Assembly: GCA_001314545.1 (NCBI GenBank)
Contig: LIHN01000001.1
Span: 276,180-340,179, forward strand
DNA from: Bacteroidetes bacterium HLUCCA01
GTDB taxonomy: Bacteria > Bacteroidota > Rhodothermia > Balneolales > HLUCCA01
DNA: 64,000 nucleotides
Reading direction: 5' to 3'
Shown here: positions 45,558 through 54,839 of the stretch, in pieces
Position numbering within the stretch: position 1 is the first letter of the stretch
Layout: every line of letters begins with the position of its first letter
Translations under genes and position numbers: made by a program
Notes under the pieces: model-generated
The model's input: the letters and a program-made list of their open reading frames with translations, nothing else
Databases searched by the model: none
What the model was told of the DNA's origin: nothing

Positions 45558-46607
45558 ATGAAAACGATTCCTTGTTTTTTACTGGCCGTGGCCCTTGCCT
45601 TCGTGGGAGTATCGGAAACCCATGGTCAATCAGGAAATGCCGCTGCCTATTCCCGAATCGGATTAAGTCCACGGATTATAGCCATCGGAAATGCGTACGT
45701 AGCTGGCGGAAGTGAAGGAAATTACAGCTATTATAATCCTGCCCTGGCCGCACTGAACACGGAAAACCACCTCGACCTTTCCGGGGCTTCCATGCGATTC
45801 GACCGTAGTCTGGGCACATTGCAGGCTACCTTCCCCCTTCCCCCCAATGCAGGATTGTCCTTAGACATTGTTTATGCAGGTGTGAGCAATTTTGACGGTC
45901 GAACGCAAAGCGGTTATCATACTGAGTTTTTTGACACACACGATCTACAGCTGGGCGCAGCATTCGGTGTAGCGCTGAACCCCAGGCTGACTATCGGTAC
46001 CCGGATTACCTACAAGCTATCACGCTATACACTAACCGGTGTTGAAACTCCTTCCTCCGTGGGACTGGATCTGGGGCTTCGATACAGCATGACCGACAAT
46101 ACGGCGATTGGATTTGCAATTCAGGAGCTTATTAGTGAATTCGTCTGGGATACCTCCGATTACTATGGTACAGTAGGTTCGTTGCAAACCAATGACCAAA
46201 TCCCAACACGTATCAAAGCCGGGATATGGCACAACGTTCAGCAGCTCCCTGCAAACCTATATCTTGAATTCGAAAACCGTCGAATAACAGGACAACAGCG
46301 ATTCAATGAGACTGCTTTTGCCGGAACGGGCGCTGTAATTACAGAACGCCGGGAAGACGTTACATACAGCAGGTATTATCTGCGTGCCGGAATCTCTGCT
46401 CCGCTGCATGACAGGCTTGTTGTACGTGCAGGATGGCAATCGGGTCAGACCGATACAATGAACCAGTCACAACGGTTTTCATCAGGTTTTTCCATAAACT
46501 TACCGTTCGACCTGTACGCCCCATCAATTGATTACGTTTTTGTACGGGAACCCGGAGGGGTATCGTGGTTCCACATGTTCTCTCTGCGACTCAATCTAAA
46601 TTCATGA
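45558..46607 (+). CDS. Outer-membrane beta-barrel, PorV/PorQ-like (paralogue 1)
   Basis: Signal peptide, then AAYSRIGLSPRIIAIGNAYVAGGSEGNYSYYNPALAA, which resembles the sARa.aMGGA...NPA.la N-terminal signature of the PorV/PorQ (FadL-like) family. Alternating beta-strand-like sequence follows. Confidence 0.55.
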   Translation: MKTIPCFLLAVALAFVGVSETHGQSGNAAAYSRIGLSPRIIAIGNAYVAGGSEGNYSYYNPALAALNTENHLDLSGASMRFDRSLGTLQATFPLPPNAGLSLDIVYAGVSNFDGRTQSGYHTEFFDTHDLQLGAAFGVALNPRLTIGTRITYKLSRYTLTGVETPSSVGLDLGLRYSMTDNTAIGFAIQELISEFVWDTSDYYGTVGSLQTNDQIPTRIKAGIWHNVQQLPANLYLEFENRRITGQQRFNETAFAGTGAVITERREDVTYSRYYLRAGISAPLHDRLVVRAGWQSGQTDTMNQSQRFSSGFSINLPFDLYAPSIDYVFVREPGGVSWFHMFSLRLNLNS

Positions 46608-46611
46608 TGAA

Positions 46612-47562
46612 ATGAACTTACTCCGAATACTATTATTGCCGGTTTTTTTTGCAGGAAGCGTGGTGACGATGAACGCACAATCCGGCGGGTTGCAATTACT
46701 CGGTATCGGGCCGGAAGCCGTGTCTTTATCGTTGTCTGAGTCGGTCACGGCCCTGCCTCTTGGTCCCTCCTCCATGTTTACCAACCCGGCCCTGCTTCGT
46801 TACAGTGAACAGGCGGAAGTTTCCGTATCACACAGCTTTTGGCTGGAAAACTCTGCAAATTCACATGCCTCCCTGAGCCTGCCGGTTCGAGGAGGTCATC
46901 TGGGTTTTGGGGTGCTTACCTCAGGGGTAACCAATATCGAAGCCAGGCAGACACCCGGGCAGACAGCAGGTACATTTGATGTACGCTATTACGCTTTTTC
47001 AGGCAGTTACAGCACACGAATCGCTTTCGTTGACCTGGGTGTTACAGCAAGCTACCTGTACGAACAACTTTACCAACTGACTGCTACCGGATACGGACTG
47101 AATGCAGGGCTTCATACCAGTCTGCTTGATCAACGGGTACGTATAGGACTGGCAGCCCTGAATCTGGGTCGCATGAGTACGCTCTCCGAAACCAGAACCC
47201 CCCTCCCTGCTTTACTTAAAGCCGGAATCTGGGCCGATGCGGTGCAATTCTCGGTAGACAACAATAGTCAGATTCCTATTTTAATTTCATTTACATCGGA
47301 TGTGCACATCCCCTTAGACACCGATGAGCAAACTGAAGCATTTTCCGGCAATCAACCCTGGATTAGTGCCGGTACTCAGGTCCGATTTGCCGAATTAATC
47401 GATGTACGCGCTGCTTTTCGAACCGGAGATTCCAAAAGGCCATTCAGCTTAGGTATGGGCTTAAACATCGAGGAACTGATATTCAGTTACGCTTTTGTTC
47501 CTTTTGAAACGGGTTTTGGATCTACTCATACCGTCAGTCTGCGCTACCTGTTCGACTGGTAA
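46612..47562 (+). CDS. Outer-membrane beta-barrel, PorV/PorQ-like (paralogue 2)
   Basis: Signal peptide ...VTMNAQ, then LQLLGIGPEAVSLSLSESVTALPLGPSSMFTNPALL. It ends ...SLRYLFDW, an aromatic OMP beta-signal. Confidence 0.55.
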   Translation: MNLLRILLLPVFFAGSVVTMNAQSGGLQLLGIGPEAVSLSLSESVTALPLGPSSMFTNPALLRYSEQAEVSVSHSFWLENSANSHASLSLPVRGGHLGFGVLTSGVTNIEARQTPGQTAGTFDVRYYAFSGSYSTRIAFVDLGVTASYLYEQLYQLTATGYGLNAGLHTSLLDQRVRIGLAALNLGRMSTLSETRTPLPALLKAGIWADAVQFSVDNNSQIPILISFTSDVHIPLDTDEQTEAFSGNQPWISAGTQVRFAELIDVRAAFRTGDSKRPFSLGMGLNIEELIFSYAFVPFETGFGSTHTVSLRYLFDW

Positions 47563-47644
47563 AGGTAACCGGTTGTAAATTAAACCACCACCGCCCGTAC
47601 AAGTTTAAAATTCGGTAAAATGATTGCAGATGGGGCTTTTCCTT

Positions 47645-47679
47645 AGCTGTATTGCAGTAACTTATTGCCAAATACAGCT
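47645..47679 (+). other. Strong stem-loop ending 3 nt before the start codon of the thioredoxin-like lipoprotein gene
   Basis: AGCTGTATT (47645-47653) pairs perfectly with AATACAGCT (47671-47679). GCA/TGC pairs can extend it inside the loop. No U-tract follows. Confidence 0.4.
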
Positions 47680-47682
47680 GCC

Positions 47683-48180
47683 ATGAACATCCTCAAATAC
47701 ATACTGCCGTCTTTACTGCTGATAGCCGCCTGCGCTTCGCCGGAGCCTGATTCAACCTCGTTTGAGTGGATTGAAATGGATCGCGCTCAGGAACTGGCAG
47801 AAAAGCACGATAAGAAAATCCTTGTCAATGTGTATACGGATTGGTGTGAGTATTGCAAAAAAATGGATCAAACCGTCTACCAGGATTCCTCAATAATTGC
47901 AGCACTGGGCACCTACTACTACGCAGTCAGACTTAATGCTGAATCGGATCAGATAATAACATTCAATGGGGAGCCGATTACACATAGTGAACTGGCTGGT
48001 GAAATGGGCATTCGGTCGTATCCCACAATTCTTTTTCTACATCCAGACGGTGAACTCATCCTGCAAATCAACGGGTTCATGCCTGCCGATGATTTCCAGA
48101 ACATGATTACGTACATCGGTGAAGACATTTACCAGCGCAGAGATTTCCATGAATTCGCCTCAGGGGAAACAAATCGCTGA
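47683..48180 (+). CDS. Thioredoxin-fold lipoprotein (DsbD-gamma/DUF255-like)
   Basis: MNILKYILPSLLLIAAC lipobox, and VYTDWCEYCKKMD CxxC motif. Confidence 0.75.
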   Translation: MNILKYILPSLLLIAACASPEPDSTSFEWIEMDRAQELAEKHDKKILVNVYTDWCEYCKKMDQTVYQDSSIIAALGTYYYAVRLNAESDQIITFNGEPITHSELAGEMGIRSYPTILFLHPDGELILQINGFMPADDFQNMITYIGEDIYQRRDFHEFASGETNR

Positions 48181-48220
48181 TTATTAAGTCTACGGGTAGT
48201 TTACTTTTCTGCTCTCTAAT

Positions 48221-49033
48221 TTAGCCGACTATTTCATCTTCATCGGCAACCAATTCACTCCAGTATTGATGCGTAAACCGAAAGAGCCCCTTCATGATGA
48301 AAATGCTGAACGCAATCATCAATCCCCACTCCTGCAGCAGGATAATGATCAGCACATAGACGGCAAAAAGCAGAATTTTATTGCGGTTCTGACGAATTTT
48401 ACCATGTTCAAACCGTGGCACTTTATCGAAGGGTACGGTACTGACCATCAAAAGGGACAAGATGATAACCATGGGAATCAGTACGCTGTTCATCCCGTAC
48501 TGAAAACCTGAAAAAATCACCTCGTCATTGCGAAAACTCAGGTAAAAGCCAACGGTCATGATTGCCTGTACCGGTATGGGCAGACCTTTAAAAACATCAC
48601 TGGGTGCTGCCTTGGCATCTACGTTGAATCGGGCTAGCCTGATTGCTCCGCAAACTGCCGGAAGTGCTGCCAAAATGAGCCCGGGTACCTGAAGCTCATT
48701 CAGGCCAAAGTAGTACAGCAGAAACCCGGGAGCAACCCCAAAAGAAACAACATCGCTGAGGGAGTCGAGCTCAATTCCGAAAGCACTGGTTGAATTGGTA
48801 ATTCGTGCCATAAAGCCATCAAGGGCGTCAAACAACCCGGCCAGCACGATGAGCCAGGCGCCGTAGTGGAGATACCCCTCGGAAATCTGAATGATAGCCA
48901 GAAAACCGCAAAAAAGATTCATCAAGGTGAAAAAGCTGGGAACAATAACCCTGGGTATCGGCTGCTTGAAACGTTGCTTCAGGCGCTGGTTATAACGTTC
49001 GCGAATACGACTTTTAGGAGTAATTGGCGTCAT
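48221..49033 (-). CDS. pssA: CDP-diacylglycerol--serine O-phosphatidyltransferase
   Basis: DALDGFMAR-x8-G-x3-DSLSD CDP-alcohol phosphatidyltransferase motif in a multi-TM protein. 4-nt overlap with psd. Confidence 0.85.
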   Translation of the reverse strand: MTPITPKSRIRERYNQRLKQRFKQPIPRVIVPSFFTLMNLFCGFLAIIQISEGYLHYGAWLIVLAGLFDALDGFMARITNSTSAFGIELDSLSDVVSFGVAPGFLLYYFGLNELQVPGLILAALPAVCGAIRLARFNVDAKAAPSDVFKGLPIPVQAIMTVGFYLSFRNDEVIFSGFQYGMNSVLIPMVIILSLLMVSTVPFDKVPRFEHGKIRQNRNKILLFAVYVLIIILLQEWGLMIAFSIFIMKGLFRFTHQYWSELVADEDEIVG

Positions 49034-49689
49034 GGCTGGCTGATAACTTCACCAATAATCGTCTCACCTGCAACAATTTTATCACCCGGCTTAACTGTCA
49101 TACGAATATCGTCTTTAAACAGTAAATCCATTCTGGACCCGAATTTCATCATGCCGAAACGCTCTCCGGCTCTGATGACATCACCCTCGCTGATGTGGTA
49201 GACGATTCTGCGGGCAACATAGCCCGTAATCTGGCGGAACAGCATACGGGCTCCGGAAGCATGCACTACACCAAACTCGGCCCGTTCATTGAGTTCCGAG
49301 GCTTTTTCATGCCATGCCACCAGGTATTCACCCGGGAAGTAGTGAGCAAACTCAACAACGCCGGAAATTGGATTTCGGTTGACATGTACATCCATGGGCG
49401 AGAGAAAAATGCTGATCTGCGTGACTTCTTCTTTGAAATAACGCGATTCCTTCACTTTTTTTATGTCAATTACCTTTCCATCCGCAGGAGCAATAATAAG
49501 ATGATCTCCGTCCGGTATCACACGGTCAGGGTCCCGAAAAAAGAAGAGGGTAAAGGCTACAGAGGCAATCCCGAGAAATCCGACTATGTAGAGCCACCAG
49601 CCTCCCAGGAGCGAGCCTGCAATGACCATTAACATTCCGGCAACACATGCCTTCGCAATGACATTATACCCGTCTCGTGCCAGTTTCAT
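49030..49689 (-). CDS. psd: Phosphatidylserine decarboxylase family protein (short type)
   Basis: N-terminal TM pair, then ...GERFGMMKFGSRMDL (the G-S cleavage/pyruvoyl site region). Confidence 0.8.
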   Translation of the reverse strand: MKLARDGYNVIAKACVAGMLMVIAGSLLGGWWLYIVGFLGIASVAFTLFFFRDPDRVIPDGDHLIIAPADGKVIDIKKVKESRYFKEEVTQISIFLSPMDVHVNRNPISGVVEFAHYFPGEYLVAWHEKASELNERAEFGVVHASGARMLFRQITGYVARRIVYHISEGDVIRAGERFGMMKFGSRMDLLFKDDIRMTVKPGDKIVAGETIIGEVISQP

Positions 49690-51042
49690 TTACCCTCCGA
49701 TGACCCTGAGTATGTCATTGAATGTCACAAAAACCATCAGACCTATAAGCAAGACCATACCCACCTGCTGCAGTACCATACGTACCTTAAGCGAAGGTTC
49801 CCTGCGCGTAATTCCCTCATAAATGAGAAAGACCAGGTGACCGCCATCCAACACGGGAATAGGAAGGATGTTCATTATTGCAAGGGTGATGCTCAGCATC
49901 GCCGTAAACATCCAGAAGCCAACCCATCCGCCACGATCCGTAGCTTCCCGCGTTACTGTTGCTATCGCAACCGGTCCGCCGAGGTTTTCCCGAACCGAAA
50001 TACTGCCGCTTACCAGCCTGCCGAGCCCCTGAACAATTCCGATGGTGTTTTCAGCTGTGGTTTTGGTTCCTTCGATGACCGACGTAAACAAACCATACTT
50101 TACGTATTCAACCCCGAAAAAATCTACCGGATCAACCGGTCCAACCCCGATTGTACGGGTATCCGGATTGGGCGTAACTGTCAGGGCCAGGGTAGTATCT
50201 CCTCGTTGAACGGTAACATCAATAGCACCCTCAGCCGATCTGATCATAGAGGCCATCTGCATCCAGTACCCAACAGAGTTTCCGTCAACAGCAACCACCT
50301 GGTCACCCGGTTGAAATCCAGCCTGCTCGGCCGGTGATCCCCCCATAACCTGATCAATCCGTGATGGCAATGCATTTTGGATATCCAGGAAGCTTGGGTT
50401 TTCATTAAGCAAATCAAGAAGATCAGCTGGAGCCGTAATCCGTACAACAGCTCCTTCACGCTCAACATCAAAGACTACCTGACTGCGTGTGATATCCTGA
50501 ATGGAGACCAGGTTCCCAAACCGATACCGCTCTGTAGGGTTTCCGTTTACAGCCACAAGTCTGTCGCCGGTCTGAAATCCCAGATCATCTGCCAGGGAAG
50601 CCTCAGGAACATACAATCCGGCTACATTTTCAGCAGGAATGTGCTGGGCACCGTAACTGAAAAACATGATAGAATAGATTGCAACGGCCAGAATCATATT
50701 GAAAATCACACCCGCCGTAATTACAATGATGCGCTGCCATACCGGCTTGCTTCGGTACTCCCAGGGTTGAGGCTCGCTTCCGGCAAAATCCGTATCCATA
50801 CTTTCATCCACCATTCCGGTTATTTTAACATAACCGCCTAATGGTGTGGCGGAAATACAGTAATCCGTATCCCCCTTTTTGATACCGAACAAGCGGGGCG
50901 GAAAACCGATAGAAAAACGCTCTACACGCATTTTGAATAGCTTGGCCGCCAAAAAATGTCCAAGCTCATGGATGAGTACGAGAATGAAAATTGCGGCTGC
51001 AAATATCCCGATGGTTTGTAGTAAACTAAGTATTGATTCCAT
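49690..51042 (-). CDS. rseP: RIP metalloprotease RseP (site-2 protease)
   Basis: HELGHF zinc motif, two PDZ-like segments, and a C-terminal NILPIPVLDGG. Confidence 0.9.
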   Translation of the reverse strand: MESILSLLQTIGIFAAAIFILVLIHELGHFLAAKLFKMRVERFSIGFPPRLFGIKKGDTDYCISATPLGGYVKITGMVDESMDTDFAGSEPQPWEYRSKPVWQRIIVITAGVIFNMILAVAIYSIMFFSYGAQHIPAENVAGLYVPEASLADDLGFQTGDRLVAVNGNPTERYRFGNLVSIQDITRSQVVFDVEREGAVVRITAPADLLDLLNENPSFLDIQNALPSRIDQVMGGSPAEQAGFQPGDQVVAVDGNSVGYWMQMASMIRSAEGAIDVTVQRGDTTLALTVTPNPDTRTIGVGPVDPVDFFGVEYVKYGLFTSVIEGTKTTAENTIGIVQGLGRLVSGSISVRENLGGPVAIATVTREATDRGGWVGFWMFTAMLSITLAIMNILPIPVLDGGHLVFLIYEGITRREPSLKVRMVLQQVGMVLLIGLMVFVTFNDILRVIGG

Positions 51043-51045
51043 TAA

Positions 51046-52200
51046 TTAAATCGTGAGTTCTGTTGCAAAATTCCGTGCCAGCCTGTCAACCTGCGTAATA
51101 GTATCAACACTCAATGGTGATTGACTGGTAACATGTTCCAGCGATTTTTCAACAATTTTTGCAATACCAATATACGGAATTTCTTTGTCCAAGAACCGTT
51201 GTACAGCTACTTCATTGGATGCATTGAGTACCACAGGCGCATATCCTCCTGATTGAATCGACTCCAGCGCCAGACGAAAGCACGGATAGAGCTGCATGTC
51301 TACAGGCCGGAAGGTCCAGGTATGGCTTTGTGACCAGTCGATTCGGGGGACTTCAGCCGGCCAGCGGTCAGGGTAACTCAGCGCGTACTGAATAGGCACT
51401 CGCATATCAGGCAGACCGAGTTGGGCTTTTACCGAACCATCCTGAAAGGTTATCATGGAATGTATGATGCTCTGGGGATGGATGACAGCCCGTATTTTAT
51501 CCAGCGGTAATCCAAACAGCCAGTAGGCCTCAATAATTTCAAGCCCCTTATTCATCATGGTTGCCGAATCGATAGTAATCTTCGCACCCATATCCCAGTT
51601 GGGGTGCTTGAGTGCTTTCTCCACGGTTACGCCCGATAAGTCCTCAACGGAATAATCCCTGAAAGGACCTCCGCTCGCGGTAATGATGAGTTCTTCAATG
51701 GTATCCGGTGACTCACCGATCAAACATTGCTGTATGGCGCTGTGCTCCGAGTCGACCGGGAAAATGATGGGGTTTTCGCAGTCAATATGATTTTTTATCA
51801 GTTCCCCTCCCACAACCAACGATTCTTTGTTGGCCAGTGCAACCCGTTTGCCATGCTTAAGTGCAGCGCAGGTTGGTTTGAAGCCGGAAAAACCTACCAT
51901 ACTGTTCAATACCGTGTCAATAGCTGCATCTCCCATGAGCCCATCAAGCGATTCAGCGCCGAAAAAAAGCGATACCGGTACGCCCTGAATCGCTTCACGC
52001 AGGGCATCTTCATATGTAGCATCCGTCAGAACAGCAACTTCAGGTCTGAATAACCGAATCTGCTCTGCCAGCAGCTTCCAGTTACGATGTGCACTCAGCC
52101 CGAAAATCCGGAGTCTTTCCGGATGCGAACGGGCTACGCTCAGAGTTTGTGTACCGATAGAGCCGGTTGACCCCAGCAGAAAGATGTTTTGTTGACGCAT
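51046..52200 (-). CDS. dxr: 1-deoxy-D-xylulose 5-phosphate reductoisomerase
   Basis: IFLLGSTGSIGTQTL, LANKESLV, PVDSEHSAI, HPNWDMG. ATG 52200 is preferred; the track start at 52248 overlaps the upstream gene. Confidence 0.95.
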   Translation of the reverse strand: MRQQNIFLLGSTGSIGTQTLSVARSHPERLRIFGLSAHRNWKLLAEQIRLFRPEVAVLTDATYEDALREAIQGVPVSLFFGAESLDGLMGDAAIDTVLNSMVGFSGFKPTCAALKHGKRVALANKESLVVGGELIKNHIDCENPIIFPVDSEHSAIQQCLIGESPDTIEELIITASGGPFRDYSVEDLSGVTVEKALKHPNWDMGAKITIDSATMMNKGLEIIEAYWLFGLPLDKIRAVIHPQSIIHSMITFQDGSVKAQLGLPDMRVPIQYALSYPDRWPAEVPRIDWSQSHTWTFRPVDMQLYPCFRLALESIQSGGYAPVVLNASNEVAVQRFLDKEIPYIGIAKIVEKSLEHVTSQSPLSVDTITQVDRLARNFATELTI

Positions 52201-52210
52201 CGTACTATAA

Positions 52211-53119
52211 TCAAACCATAAATTTGTATCGGGAAACGGCTTCTTCAAACATAATGGCGTGCGCTCGAACCGTTTCGTCTACCGATGGTGCATATCCACC
52301 GGAAAGTAATAAAACCAGGGGTATTTCCCGCTTTGAAACTAACCGAATAACCATGCGGTCCCGTTCTCGGAGACCATCAGGTGAGAGTGAAAGCCGTCCA
52401 AAGCGATCTGTTTCCAGCGGATCTATTCCACCCAGGTAAAAAACAATATCTGCTTTAAAATCGGCCAGAATCTCCGAGAGGTTTTCCTCGAGTGTCATCA
52501 GATAGGCCGTGTCTTGTGTGTAGTCAGGCAGACCTATATCACGAGTTGATGCGGGTTTATGAAAAGGAAAGTTTTTTGCACCGTGCATGGAAAAGGTATA
52601 CACATTCGGTTCATCGCTGAATATAGCTGCGGTGCCATTTCCCTGATGCACATCCAGATCTATTACCAGTACGGTGTTTACCCACATACTTTGGCGTAAA
52701 ACACGAATTGCTACCGCAACATCATTGAATACACAAAAACCTTCACCATAATCAGAAAAAGCGTGGTGCGTTCCACCGGCCAGATTTCCGGAAACACCGT
52801 CCTGAAGGGCCATCATCGCCGCATTTAGTGTACCTTGCACCGCGAGCTGGGAACGAAGTGCAAGTGAACGACTCCAGGGCAACCCCAGTCGCCTTGCCTC
52901 TTTTTTTTCAAGTCGGCCATGCAGTATGGCCTGAACGTATCGGTTGGTGTGTACAGTCAGCAAGTGTTCTGTGAGAACCGGGCGAGGGTGAACCACATGG
53001 GAAGGACTTACAATACCTTTACCGGTAAGATAACGGTGTAGTCCCGGGAATTTTTTCATGGGAAAAACATGGTACTCAGGAAGTTCGGCCAGGTAGTCCG
53101 GGTGGTACGAAACTCTCAT
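52211..53119 (-). CDS. Histone deacetylase-family (acetoin utilisation/AcuC-like) deacetylase
   Basis: GGTHHAFSDYGEGFCVFNDVAVA, DLDVHQGNG, and GGY blocks of the arginase/deacetylase superfamily. Confidence 0.85.
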   Translation of the reverse strand: MRVSYHPDYLAELPEYHVFPMKKFPGLHRYLTGKGIVSPSHVVHPRPVLTEHLLTVHTNRYVQAILHGRLEKKEARRLGLPWSRSLALRSQLAVQGTLNAAMMALQDGVSGNLAGGTHHAFSDYGEGFCVFNDVAVAIRVLRQSMWVNTVLVIDLDVHQGNGTAAIFSDEPNVYTFSMHGAKNFPFHKPASTRDIGLPDYTQDTAYLMTLEENLSEILADFKADIVFYLGGIDPLETDRFGRLSLSPDGLRERDRMVIRLVSKREIPLVLLLSGGYAPSVDETVRAHAIMFEEAVSRYKFMV

Positions 53120-53853
53120 GCCTTCAGTCCGATTACGGCCAGCATTCTGCCGCTGTCACGACCTTGTCGTCTGTAGGAAAAAAAACGCCGATCTGTCATT
53201 GTACACCGGCCGTCAACACGTATTGACCGGGCACGTATTCCTCCCTCAACCATCTGATTCATCAAAAAACCCAGCAGATCCACATGCGGCTTATCTTTTC
53301 CCTGACGCAGAACAAACGCCGATGGAAACGAATCAGCGACTTCCTCGCCAACTTCAAAGGCTAGCGGACTGATACAGGGACTGATCCATGCGGCTATTTC
53401 TCTGGCGCCAAGCTCACGCATAGCCGAAAGTCCGGCGGGCAGGATGTTTGCGACTGCACCGCGCCATCCTGCATGAAACGCACCGATTACTCCGTTTTTT
53501 GTATCGGCCATAAGTACAGCGGCGCAATCAGCCACCAGTATTCCCAGTTCGATTTCAGGTCGATCGGTAACCAATCCATCGGCTTCACCAAGAATACCGG
53601 GGCGTTCTGCATATACGATGTGACTGCCATGAACCTGCTTAACCAGAGCCAGGTTTGCAGGATTCCGGCCAAGTTTGGTAAGCAAAAACGATCTGTTAAG
53701 GCTTGTGGCTTCCGCAGAACTTCGGGTATTTATGCCCATGTCGCCGGGAATTACAGCTTGCTCGCCCGCCGGCTCAATTCCAGGGGAAAGACTGAATGCG
53801 TTGAAAGCGCGGGCAATCCGGTTTTTGATAAATAAGGGTGGGGTTGTTTGCAT
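53116..53853 (-). CDS. pgeF: YfiH/PgeF family (DUF152) purine nucleoside phosphorylase / peptidoglycan editing factor
   Basis: VKQVHGS, LVADCAAVL, FHAGWRG, and C...FSYRR motifs. Confidence 0.85.
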   Translation of the reverse strand: MQTTPPLFIKNRIARAFNAFSLSPGIEPAGEQAVIPGDMGINTRSSAEATSLNRSFLLTKLGRNPANLALVKQVHGSHIVYAERPGILGEADGLVTDRPEIELGILVADCAAVLMADTKNGVIGAFHAGWRGAVANILPAGLSAMRELGAREIAAWISPCISPLAFEVGEEVADSFPSAFVLRQGKDKPHVDLLGFLMNQMVEGGIRARSIRVDGRCTMTDRRFFSYRRQGRDSGRMLAVIGLKA

Positions 53854-53878
53854 GCTGATTGAACACCAGAAATACCCG

Positions 53879-54745
53879 TCAGGATTCCAACGAGGTGTAC
53901 AAAGCCCGTGAGGCCACGGTCATGGGAAATTCCGTTTGAAAAAAAAGTTCGAACGCTTTAGATGCCTGACCCAGAAACATTTCAGTTCCGTATATGCATT
54001 GCGCGCCCGCCAGTTCTGCTTGCACCAAAAAACGGGTGCGTACGGGTCGGTAGACGATGTCATAGCAAATACTGCCGGACAACATGCTGATATACCTATC
54101 ATCAACCGGGCTTTGTCCTGTATCGGGATACATTCCCAGCGGTGTTGTGTTGACAAAAAGTACTGTGGGGGTGCCCTCAATCATCCAGTCATCGTACCCA
54201 GCCAAACGAACCCCTTTTTCAAGTTTCCCTTGGGTTTCAGGAGACCGTGAGACAACAACGATATCTGTCATACCCAGCAGTTTCAAGCCATAAACTACCG
54301 CTGAGGAGGCCCCTCCACTTCCGAAAATCACCGCCCTTCGACCTTTCAGAAACTCCGTATATGCATTCAGGGGGGCTATAAAGCCGGCTATATCCGTGTT
54401 CTCGCCCCGAAGCTGCCCGTGTTGGTGTGGTATAATGGTATTACAGGCATTGGTGTGCAGCACTGTTTGAGAGTAATCATCCAGCAAGTTCAATACATCC
54501 TGCTTCCAGGGTATGGTTACATTTGCACCCCGAAAATTCGGATGGTGCAATAGCGCAGGCAGCTGCTCCCGGGCGTCCGGGCTGACCTCAACGGCATAAT
54601 AGGTTACATCAATGCCCTGGTGTTTGAGCGCAGCATTGTGTATACAGGGTGAGAGCGAATGACCTATCGGGTACCCTATAACCACTGCAAAGGGTTGCTC
54701 GACGGAGGGCGATTTCAAGAATTTTGATAGCGACGGCGGTTTCAT
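53879..54745 (-). CDS. aroE: Shikimate dehydrogenase
   Basis: VIGYPIGHSLSP, NVTIPWK, NTD, and the GSGGAS Rossmann motif. Confidence 0.9.
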   Translation of the reverse strand: MKPPSLSKFLKSPSVEQPFAVVIGYPIGHSLSPCIHNAALKHQGIDVTYYAVEVSPDAREQLPALLHHPNFRGANVTIPWKQDVLNLLDDYSQTVLHTNACNTIIPHQHGQLRGENTDIAGFIAPLNAYTEFLKGRRAVIFGSGGASSAVVYGLKLLGMTDIVVVSRSPETQGKLEKGVRLAGYDDWMIEGTPTVLFVNTTPLGMYPDTGQSPVDDRYISMLSGSICYDIVYRPVRTRFLVQAELAGAQCIYGTEMFLGQASKAFELFFQTEFPMTVASRALYTSLES

Positions 54746-54792
54746 TTTTTGTATTGATTACGTGCAGTTTACTGGATGTCTACTGCGTAAAC

Positions 54793-54819
54793 AAAAAAAA
54801 GGGGGCTTTCAGAGCCCCC
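54793..54819 (-). terminator. Rho-independent terminator of the SRPBCC gene
   Basis: Minus-sense GGGGGCU / AGCCCCC stem (7 bp, 5-nt loop) followed by U8 (plus-strand A8 at 54793-54800). Confidence 0.85.
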
Positions 54820-54839
54820 TTTAAAGGAAAAATGAACTA

